From NCBI GenBank assembly GCA_964536205.1, contig CAZHVT010000001.1:5944-69943 (forward strand): a stretch of DNA of 64,000 bases, written 5' to 3'. Of this stretch, positions 39,076 through 46,802 are shown piece by piece. Position 1 is the stretch's first letter; every line of letters begins with the position of its first letter. The notes under the pieces are model-generated. The model searched no databases and was not told the origin of the DNA. It was given only the letters and a program-made list of their open reading frames with translations. Source of the DNA: an uncultured Gammaproteobacteria bacterium. GTDB lineage: Bacteria > Patescibacteriota > Patescibacteriia > Magasanikbacterales > GCA-002688135. The position numbers and the translations under genes are program-made.

Positions 39076-39348
39076 CTACACCAGGTCATTTCCACCTTTG
39101 TTCCAAGGGTTGCAGCGGAGGATTCTAAAGAGTGTTTTTATTGATCCTTTTGTTAGGCCGTATTTTTTTATTGATTTGTAACTGTACTGCGAGCATGTTG
39201 GATTGAATTTGCAGTATCCGTGTGGGAAGAATTTTTTGAGCGGGCCGTGATCTGGAGAGAGTGTTTTTTGATAGAGGCGTACTAAAAACATTCCAATATG
39301 GCGGGGAATGTGTAGGATGTTCATACTGGCGTTTGTGCTAATCCTCAC
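39076..39348 (-). CDS. yidD: membrane protein insertion efficiency factor YidD
   Basis: YQKTLSP...CKFNPTCSQYSY...ILRCNPWNKGGNDLV matches the YidD/haemolytic-domain signature. Confidence 0.75.
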   Translation of the reverse strand: MRISTNASMNILHIPRHIGMFLVRLYQKTLSPDHGPLKKFFPHGYCKFNPTCSQYSYKSIKKYGLTKGSIKTLFRILRCNPWNKGGNDLV

Positions 39349-39377
39349 GAGATCCTTCGACTTCGCTCAGGATGACG

Positions 39378-39761
39378 CTATCGCGTCAGTTTTGAGATGA
39401 GCTCCTTCATGTTTTCCATCACATCTTTATATGAAGCTGCGCGCTCGGGAGGCGTTTTTTGACCCTCTTCTTTCGGTTTGGTGTATGTGGTAGATGCTGA
39501 TCGTGCTTGAATAACAACATCAAAACCTTTTGGAACTGTTTCCAAAATTTCTCGCAATGATTCGCGAACACGACGTTTGATTAAATTTCGAACTGTGGCT
39601 CGTTTTGCAACTTTTGTACTTACAACTACTGCGAAGCGAGTTTCTTCTGCATTTGTTTTCAAAACTTGATACCGAAAAAGCGGCGTTATTACGCGCCGCC
39701 CTTTTTTAAATACTTTTTTAATGTCTCGTTCCGCCCGAAGTCTGTTTTGTTTGGGCAACAT
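39378..39761 (-). CDS. rnpA: ribonuclease P protein component
   Basis: MLPKQNRLRAERDIKKVFKKGRR... basic 127-aa protein, conserved RnpA N-terminus; adjacent to rpmH. Confidence 0.85.
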   Translation of the reverse strand: MLPKQNRLRAERDIKKVFKKGRRVITPLFRYQVLKTNAEETRFAVVVSTKVAKRATVRNLIKRRVRESLREILETVPKGFDVVIQARSASTTYTKPKEEGQKTPPERAASYKDVMENMKELISKLTR

Positions 39762-39767
39762 AGTAAT

Positions 39768-39905
39768 TTATACAGCAAGAGACTTTCTTCCTTTGGCACG
39801 ACGTCTTTTCAAAATGTTACGTCCTCCTGGAGAATTTGTTCGAGCTCGAAAACCGTGCTTTCGTGCACGTTTTCTTACTTTTGGTTGATATGTTCGCTTA
39901 GGCAT
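39768..39905 (-). CDS. rpmH: 50S ribosomal protein L34
   Basis: [45 protein letters not shown] is near-consensus L34; upstream part of the listed ORF is not translated. Confidence 0.9.
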   Translation of the reverse strand: MPKRTYQPKVRKRARKHGFRARTNSPGGRNILKRRRAKGRKSLAV

Positions 39906-39959
39906 ATGTTTATTGGGCAGTAGGTTGCAGGGAGCAGGCAGTAGTTTTGCTTCGCTCAA

Positions 39960-40285
39960 TGCTTTATTTGTGGGGGTATACTAACATTGTGGATTTTGTT
40001 TGGCAAGAGGTTGGGATGCACCGCGACATTTTGAGTATGTGTGGATAAGGGTTGACAGAATCCACAGGTCACGATAGGCTTAAATTCTAGCTATTGTTAG
40101 TGAATTAATATATTTTTAAAAATATATTCACACTTATTTTTTACATTTATCCACACTATCCACAAGTTTTCCACATGGTACACACATATCGTAAACAGTT
40201 GACCCTTTTCAAAGAATATTTTGTGATGTATCATCAGAAGACTTGTACTTTTATCGGGTGTGATACCCCATGACCTCCCACTATT
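39960..40285. promoter_or_regulatory. oriC DnaA-box region upstream of dnaA (TGTGGATTT 39989-39997, TGTGGATAAG 40041-40050, ATCCACA 40071-40077, TTATCCACA 40147-40155, TATCCACA 40157-40164, TTTCCACA 40167-40176) with an AT-rich tract at 40100-40140
   Basis: DnaA-box consensus matches plus the canonical rpmH | dnaA-dnaN synteny and the strand switch at this point. Confidence 0.65.
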
Positions 40286-41683
40286 ATGATGACGAATGAA
40301 TCAATCTGGCAAGCAGTGCTTGCAGAATTGGAGCTAGAGCTCTCTAAAGCGAACTTTACGACGTGGTTTCGTAATACTTCATTATCTTTAATGGAGAATA
40401 ATGAGGTTTCAGTGTATGTCCCTAATAACTTCACCAAATCATGGTTGGAGAAAAAGTATCACACATCTATATTGAAAACCCTTGAACAGGTTCTTGGAGC
40501 TCGTATTCAAAAGGTTGCGTATTGCGTTGAGAAAAATCCACAAAAATCCCAAGCTTCTTTTATCACACAAGGTTTCACCTTCAATCACGATTCTGCAGAC
40601 AATTCACTTACTGTTGGCCCACAGGCTCCTGTGGTACAGCAAAATCCAAATGCGCGCGGCTTACACCCGCGTTATGTTTTTGAAAATTTTATTGTGAGTA
40701 AAAGTAATGAGTTGGCACATGCCGCGGCGCAGGCTGTGGTATCCAACCCCGGTGCTTCTTATAACCCCCTCTTTATATACGGCGGAGTTGGGCTTGGAAA
40801 AACTCATTTAATGCAAGCGATCGGACACTCTGTTTTGCAACAAAATCAAGAGGCGAAAGTTTTGTATGTTTCTTGCGAGACATTTACGAATGATTTCATT
40901 CACGCAGTTCGCAATGGTTTGGCAAAAGAATTTAAAGATCGTTATCGCAATGTTGATGTATTGATTGTTGATGATATTCAATTTATTACTGGAAAAGAGG
41001 GGACGCAGGAAGAGTTTTTTCACACGTTTAATGCGCTTCACCAACAGGATAAGCAGATTATTATTTCATCAGATCGTCCACCAAAAGCAATTCCGGCATT
41101 GGAGCAGCGATTACTTTCTCGTTTTGAATGGGGGATGATTGCTGATATTTCATTTCCAGATGTTGAAACACGTGTGGCTATTTTGGAAGCGCGTTGCTCA
41201 GAGCGTGGTATTAAAGTTCCATCAGATGTATTGCACACTATTGCAAATCACATCCAAAATAATATTCGTGAATTAGAAGGAGCTTTGAATAAAATTATTG
41301 CGACGATTGAAATGCACAAGAGTGAGCCTACGTCTGAAATGGTACAGCAAGTTTTAGGAAGTATTAAAGCATCACGCACCATTCACTCTGTATCACCTAA
41401 GGAATTGATTAGAGTGGTTTCTGAATACTTTGATGTAGGTATTGATGATATGGTTGGAAAAAGCCGTGAGAAACGTATTGCATTCCCACGACAGATTATT
41501 ATGTATTTGTTGCGTAAGGAGATGAAAAACTCATATCCTTCGATTGGAGCGGAGTTGGGTGGACGAGATCATACAACTGCGATTCATGCGTATGAGAAGA
41601 TTCGTAAGGCTGTTGAGGTTGATAATAAACTCAAAGCCGACATACAGTATATTAAAGAACGATTGTATACGCCTGCGGCGTAG
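40286..41683 (+). CDS. dnaA: chromosomal replication initiator DnaA
   Basis: AAA+ Walker A GGVGLGKTHL, sensor motifs, C-terminal DNA-binding helix-turn-helix; 465 aa. Confidence 0.95.
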   Translation: MMTNESIWQAVLAELELELSKANFTTWFRNTSLSLMENNEVSVYVPNNFTKSWLEKKYHTSILKTLEQVLGARIQKVAYCVEKNPQKSQASFITQGFTFNHDSADNSLTVGPQAPVVQQNPNARGLHPRYVFENFIVSKSNELAHAAAQAVVSNPGASYNPLFIYGGVGLGKTHLMQAIGHSVLQQNQEAKVLYVSCETFTNDFIHAVRNGLAKEFKDRYRNVDVLIVDDIQFITGKEGTQEEFFHTFNALHQQDKQIIISSDRPPKAIPALEQRLLSRFEWGMIADISFPDVETRVAILEARCSERGIKVPSDVLHTIANHIQNNIRELEGALNKIIATIEMHKSEPTSEMVQQVLGSIKASRTIHSVSPKELIRVVSEYFDVGIDDMVGKSREKRIAFPRQIIMYLLRKEMKNSYPSIGAELGGRDHTTAIHAYEKIRKAVEVDNKLKADIQYIKERLYTPAA

Positions 41684-41702
41684 TGAGTTGGTGAGACTAT
41701 TT

Positions 41703-41767
41703 CGTTGTACGTTCTACGTTGTACGTTCTAGGGTGATTTCTAGAATGTAGGACGTAGAACGTAGAAC
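41703..41767. repeat. Imperfect long palindrome built from direct repeats (CGTTGTACGTTCTA)x2 ... TAGAATGTAGGACGTAGAACGTAGAAC just downstream of dnaA
   Basis: Read directly; same architecture class as 1961-2090. Confidence 0.55.
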
Positions 41768-42064
41768 TTTTCCACTCTTTAATCACATGTTGGTAGGGTG
41801 TGAATTCGGTCGAACAACTGGTGTATAAACATTCAGTTGTGCACAGGAAAATCTAGAACGTTTTGTTCATACACATTTCGTACACATAGCATTTCACAGT
41901 CAGTGTGTATAAATTATCGTCTAAATTTAAAACAAAAATATAGTTGTTAGACTTATCCCGTGCCTTATTATTACTATTAGTTTAATTTATATAAAAATAT
42001 ATAATATAGCGTTTCAGAAAATGAGAATCTAGGAGGAACTTACACACACTAACCCAAAGAGGAT

Positions 42065-43189
42065 ATGAAGTTCTCATGCACAAAGGAGAATTTACTCAAA
42101 GCATTAACCTGTACAGGATATGTATCAGGTAAACAGGTGAACTTACCGATATTGCAAAATGTGTTGATATCGATGAAGAATACCGAAACTAAGATTGTGT
42201 CGACTAATTTGGAGATTGCTGTTTCAGCGCAGTTGCGAGCAAAAGTTGAGACTGATGGAGAATTTACAGTTCCAGCTCGAGTATTTTTGGAGTATATGGC
42301 GAATGTTCCAGGTGATCGTGTTGATATTGAATTGCATGAATCTGGATTGGGTGTTCAGATGGGGCATTCAAAAACTGTTTTGAAGGGGATGGAAGCTACG
42401 GAATTTCCGTTGATTCCAGGAATTGAGGGGGATGTAGTATTTGAGTTAGATGCGAAAGTTTTATTGAATGCATTGCATCAGGTTTTGTTTGCTGCATCTA
42501 AGAGTGATGTGCGTCCTGAATTATCTGGAGTTTTATTTCATTGTAATCCACCCGAAGGAAAACAAAGTTTGGTGTTGGCGGCGACAGATAGTTTTCGATT
42601 AGCTGAAAAGAAAATTACGTTTAAGAGTGGGGGAACAGAGGAAAAGCGAGTGATTGTTCCATCTCGTACAGTTTCCGAATTGGTTCGCATTATAAATGTT
42701 TCGACGAAAGAAATTGATAGTGTAACGATGCGTGTTTCTGATCATCAGATTGTGTTTGTGTGTGGTGGTGTGCAAATTACTTCGCGATTGACTGATGGGA
42801 ATTATCCGAACTATGAACATATTATCCCCAAGGAATCGAATGTTGAGATGAGTGCGTTGAAGGATGATGTGGTGAAGCAGGTGAAGGGTGCGAGTTTATT
42901 TACGACAAAGGGAATTGGTGCGGTGCGGATGAAATTTGTGGCAGCAGAAAATAAAATTAATATTACATCGACGAATGCGCAGACGGGTGAGCACGCGGGG
43001 AGTGTTGTTGCTGAAGGGAAGGGTGATGAGGTTGAGATGTATTTGAATCATCGATATATTTTGGATGGGTTGAGTGTGATTGATAATGAGCGAGTGAAAT
43101 TTTCCGCGCAATCTACTGATGCGCCGTTGGTGATGCGTCCGCAGATGGATAAGGACTATCTTTACATGATAATGCCTATTAAGCAGTAA
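42065..43189 (+). CDS. dnaN: DNA polymerase III beta sliding clamp
   Basis: 374 aa, three-domain clamp; synteny with dnaA. Confidence 0.9.
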   Translation: MKFSCTKENLLKALTCTGYVSGKQVNLPILQNVLISMKNTETKIVSTNLEIAVSAQLRAKVETDGEFTVPARVFLEYMANVPGDRVDIELHESGLGVQMGHSKTVLKGMEATEFPLIPGIEGDVVFELDAKVLLNALHQVLFAASKSDVRPELSGVLFHCNPPEGKQSLVLAATDSFRLAEKKITFKSGGTEEKRVIVPSRTVSELVRIINVSTKEIDSVTMRVSDHQIVFVCGGVQITSRLTDGNYPNYEHIIPKESNVEMSALKDDVVKQVKGASLFTTKGIGAVRMKFVAAENKINITSTNAQTGEHAGSVVAEGKGDEVEMYLNHRYILDGLSVIDNERVKFSAQSTDAPLVMRPQMDKDYLYMIMPIKQ

Positions 43190-43446
43190 CCGCTCGCGAG
43201 GAGGGCGATATATGTTTGCTTCATAAAACATTTGCTCGACGTACGCCTGTACGACTCGCTGCATGTTTTACTCCAGCTGCGCATATCTCATCCCACCTCA
43301 CTTCGCTAGCTTCGTGGATAGCTTTCAGAATTTTCTTATTCGAGTTATTGTTTAATAGCCCTCATTTCGAAAATTCTTCCAAACACGCACATTTCATCTC
43401 AATATACTTTGCTGACTTCGTGGTAGGTTATTGTGCTTGCATGTAC

Positions 43447-43472
43447 TGTCATTCCCGCGAAGGTGGGAATTC
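43447..43472 (+). repeat. R1 hairpin repeat copy c
   Basis: TGTCATTCCCGCGAAGGTGGGAATTC in the dnaN-downstream intergenic region. Confidence 0.65.
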
Positions 43473-43570
43473 AGAAAATTCAAGAGTAAAAGTAAAAACC
43501 AACGATTTTAAGCGTATCATTCTGGGGTGAGGTATGAATGATAGAATATGGTTTTATAAACATGGATCCC

Positions 43571-43596
43571 GTACGACTACGGGATGACAGGTACAA
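43571..43596 (+). repeat. R2 hairpin repeat (CATGGATCCCGTACGACTACGGGATG); second copy at 53646-53671
   Basis: 26-bp element with internal hairpin cccgtaCGACtacggg, followed by GATGACA resembling the R1 3' end. Confidence 0.55.
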
Positions 43597-43666
43597 CACT
43601 TTGTAGAATGTTACATTGTATAAATTTAAATTGAATTAAAAAACCGCTGGCGTGCCGGCGGTTTTA

Positions 43667-44353
43667 CTATTGGAAGAATTTTTCTTGTGGGTGTTGTTCT
43701 GTCGAGTCGGGGAGTGATTCCCACCATGCGATCATTGAGCCTGTGATGGTGTGTCTGAGTTCAAAATATTCGCGTGTCATGTGGGTTGGTATTGCAGCTC
43801 GAAAAAAACGTTTGCTAAAGCTCAATTCAACTTTTGGTACACGTATTTCGTTTAGATTTTTATGGGGCGTATGTATTTTCAGCACATTGACTTGTATATC
43901 ACTCATACACTTATAACACAGTAACATTCCGAAGTTGTTTATCCATAGCTTACATGTCGTTGCTTCACACTCATCACATTTGTAGTGAAGAGGAATATCA
44001 ATTCCCTCATGGTGTTGTGGAATTTTGTCGTCTAGTACATTTTCCGTTGTTGGTTGTACCGACAAACTTTTCCACCAACTCCAACCTTTTTCAGTTAATG
44101 AGGTGTATGGTGTGTATAGTTGGGCACGTGAATTTTTCGGTACTGCTGGGTGGAATGGTCCGATTTTATCATTATTAGTAGTCAGATCTTCGAAGAAATT
44201 ATCACGAATGCAATTCCAGCATTTTAATGCTACGTCATCCATGTGATCTGTTCGTGTAAACCACAATCTGCAGTTTGTTGCATTACATTTTTTACAGAGG
44301 TACCACGGTGGGCACTCTTTGAGCTTCAGATTGAATACTCCGAATTTTGCCAT
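43667..44353 (-). CDS. Cys-rich HPQEKFF-tail family protein G/H (two modules)
   Basis: CKKCNATNCRLW...CWNC and CDECEATTCKLW...CYKC; HPAVP/AAIP; WSWWKSL/AWWESLP; ends QHPQEKFFQ; AAAAGGAG RBS. Confidence 0.7.
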   Translation of the reverse strand: MAKFGVFNLKLKECPPWYLCKKCNATNCRLWFTRTDHMDDVALKCWNCIRDNFFEDLTTNNDKIGPFHPAVPKNSRAQLYTPYTSLTEKGWSWWKSLSVQPTTENVLDDKIPQHHEGIDIPLHYKCDECEATTCKLWINNFGMLLCYKCMSDIQVNVLKIHTPHKNLNEIRVPKVELSFSKRFFRAAIPTHMTREYFELRHTITGSMIAWWESLPDSTEQHPQEKFFQ

Positions 44354-44461
44354 GCCATCTCCTTTTGTTTGTAATGAACGGTTTTTAGATTAGTGGATTT
44401 TTTGGGTTCTGTCAAGGTGTTGACTTGTTATGAAATAAAAAAACCACCGGAGTGTCGGTGG

Positions 44462-44827
44462 TTAGTGAAAGAACAATTCTTGTGGGTGGAGTTCTGGTGC
44501 TTTTTCTTGTGCGTGCCACCAGGTCATCATTTCTTGTGTGATGTCGTCGATCCACGGTGTGTGTTGTTGCTTGCAATCAGTTCTTTTGCATTTTGTTGGG
44601 ATTGCTGGTTCGAACCAACTCATAGTAATCAACTCTACCCCATGTGCGTTTTTTTCTGTTTCGATTCGTGACTTTTCGTCTAGCTCGTCGTTATGTAAGC
44701 ATGTTCCGCATATGAATTCTGGGTTGATTAAGATACCGGAACTTCGCCATAGCTGTACATAATCATTTCCACATCTTGCGCATATATAATCTTGTCTTTG
44801 TGGACAAAATGTTCTGGTGTGTTTCAT
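44462..44827 (-). CDS. Cys-rich HPQELFF-tail family protein I
   Basis: CARCGNDYVQLW...CGTC; EPAIP; TWWHAQE; ends LHPQELFFH. Confidence 0.7.
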   Translation of the reverse strand: MKHTRTFCPQRQDYICARCGNDYVQLWRSSGILINPEFICGTCLHNDELDEKSRIETEKNAHGVELITMSWFEPAIPTKCKRTDCKQQHTPWIDDITQEMMTWWHAQEKAPELHPQELFFH

Positions 44828-44871
44828 GTGTATCTCCTCAAGATCTAGCTCACTTTATAGCGTGAGAGATT

Positions 44872-45615
44872 TTACTGAAAGAACAATTCTTGTGGGTGAA
44901 TTTCTGGTTCTTCTGGGAGGTTCATCCACCACTCGTTCATGACATAATGCATGGAGAATTGATTTACCATATATGTTGGGTCGACCATGCTGGGTACTGC
45001 GTTTAAATAATTGCCTCGCATAAAGTAGTAATGATCCCTACCTTGTGATGCAGTCTGCATTTTATCTGAATTTATGAGATTGAGACACGCTGTACAGATG
45101 AGTGCTGGTTTTATTTTGTCTGACGATAGGTTTGGTTGTCATAACCTACAGTCAGTTTGTTTGCATTGATTACAGACATAATTTTCTGGCACAGTTCTTC
45201 CATAATAGTCGAACCATGACTCCTTTTTTTTCATGGGCGGTGGTTTTTCGGGGAGGTTGGCCCACCATTCCAACATATCATCAGTGAAGTTACTTGATCG
45301 TTCTGATTGTTTTGTGTCTTGTGCGATAGGGATTGCTGGTATGAATGCACCTTTTACGGGATAGATGAGACCTTTTACGTTTCTAAATTTAGCATCCCGT
45401 CCTGCTATTTCATTATGGGGTAAGCATGTGGTGCACCACAATATTGATCTGTATAGTGTTGCTCTTGACCTTCGCCATAGGCGACAATTTGTTATTCCGC
45501 ACATGTTGCAGACATAACCATCCGGCACTACTTTTTCGAAATAGTTGAGCATGATTTTACCTTTTGGGTTGTGAAAGGACTTATGGATAATAGTGTTTTC
45601 TTGTTGGATTGTCAA
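44872..45615 (-). pseudogene. Two-module Cys-rich family gene (K/J) interrupted by an in-frame TGA exactly at the conserved Trp of the second CxxCx5C(K/R)LW motif
   Basis: 45139..45615 ends ...YVCNQCKQTDCRL-TGA; the same frame continues QPNLSSDKIKPALICTACL...WWMNLPEEPEIHPQELFFQ (44872..45060). Paralogs have W (TGG) at this position. Confidence 0.6.
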
Positions 45616-46463
45616 GGTTTTAGTCGTTTGGTGATGTCTTTGTAAATTGGTGATTCTGGTTGAATGTGTGAAGATGTTGTAGTAAAAATTCCGATTTCGC
45701 GAGAGATTTTGAAGGGGAGTTTTATTTTTTGAAGTGATTTTGATGTGAGTTCGTCTGCTATGTGATGTTGTGGGAGAAGTGTTACTCCAGCGCCAGATTC
45801 TGCCATCTCCAAAAGAAAGTTTGGATTGGTGGACTCGATGAGAATTTTTGGCGCGTAATTATTTTTTTGAAATGTTGTATCGATGTAGGATCTTGTTGTT
45901 GATCCGGCGTCATACAGAATAAAAGGGATTTCATTTTTTGGATTCCACTTTTTTTCAGATACTGGGATGAGTTCTTCTTTGTGTGTTGAAAGTATTTTGA
46001 TATTTTCTGGTGGTTTGTAATTTTGTGGAATAACGCAAATGCAGATGTCGAATAATCCAGCAGCTAGCCATGAGAGAAGATTGCGAGAATTATCAATTTT
46101 CATTTCAAAATGATATTCGTGTGTGTCGAGATTTTTTTTGAGAAAGGGGATGAGTTTGAGTGCTGCGGAATCATAGAGGCCGAGTGAGACAATTTGAGAT
46201 CCTCGAAGATTCGTCAGTTCGCTGGCATTTTGTATTTTATCCCAATTGTCGTTCATTCGTCTGGCGAGCTGGTATACGATTTGGCCTTCTTTGGAGAGCT
46301 GTGGTGTTGGGGTGAGTGATGTGAATAGATTGAGCTGTAGATGCTCTTGAAGGCGCTTGAGTGACTGTGAGATGGCTGGTTGGGATATTTGATGGTGTTG
46401 GGCTGCTTTTGTGAGTGAGCCTTTGTGTACGATTGATATGAATCGTTGTAGTTCGAGGAGCAT
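45612..46463 (-). CDS. LysR-family transcriptional regulator
   Basis: N-terminal HTH LTKAAQHHQISQPAISQSLKRLQEHL and LysR substrate-binding domain; stop overlaps the first paralog start (ATGA). Confidence 0.8.
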   Translation of the reverse strand: MLLELQRFISIVHKGSLTKAAQHHQISQPAISQSLKRLQEHLQLNLFTSLTPTPQLSKEGQIVYQLARRMNDNWDKIQNASELTNLRGSQIVSLGLYDSAALKLIPFLKKNLDTHEYHFEMKIDNSRNLLSWLAAGLFDICICVIPQNYKPPENIKILSTHKEELIPVSEKKWNPKNEIPFILYDAGSTTRSYIDTTFQKNNYAPKILIESTNPNFLLEMAESGAGVTLLPQHHIADELTSKSLQKIKLPFKISREIGIFTTTSSHIQPESPIYKDITKRLKP

Positions 46464-46493
46464 GTGTTTTGGTCCACGAATAGTATAAATCTT

Positions 46494-46641
46494 TTACAAA
46501 TCTACAAATGCTTTTCTAGCAACAACTTGACCAACTGTCATTGCGAGCATTTTAGCGAAGCAATCTCATCCACAGATTGCTTCGTAAGCTCGCAATGACA
46601 GTCTACCACCAGCGTGCTCGAAGAGAATTTGTAGATTTGTA
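46494..46641. repeat. Nested large palindrome: outer arms ACAAATCTACAAA / TTTGTAGATTTGT; inner 14-bp arms CTGTCATTGCGAGC / GCTCGCAATGACAG; innermost GAAGCAATCT / AGATTGCTTC; loop CATCCACA
   Basis: Read directly in the LysR / inositol-phosphate-synthase divergent intergenic region. Confidence 0.6.
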
Positions 46642-46760
46642 TTCAATTTGTATTATTCGTGGGTGTAGTGTGGATAAGCTGTGTTTATAGTGGATAAGTA
46701 TCATTAATTTGGATTATATATGAGTATGGTATATAGTTCAAGCGTTCTTTACTTATTTAC

Positions 46761-46786
46761 TGGATTCCCACATTCGTGGGAATGAC
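46761..46786 (-). repeat. R1 hairpin repeat copy d (reverse orientation; GGGAATGACA faces the downstream gene start)
   Basis: GGATTCCCACATTCGTGGGAATGACA immediately 5' of the RBS AAAGGAGAG. Confidence 0.65.
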
Positions 46787-46802
46787 AAGAAAGGAGAGTT
46801 TT

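Noticed and set aside
43216-43530. 104-aa ORF downstream of dnaN
   Set aside because: It is composed largely of R1/R3 repeat sequence, has no RBS and lies in an intergenic repeat cluster, so it is probably not coding.
45139-45141. TGA decoded as Trp or Gly genome-wide (alternative genetic code)
   Set aside because: Several well-conserved genes (for example the Elp3-like gene at 3844-3846) terminate at TGA with the expected protein length. TGA is therefore a stop here and the event is local.
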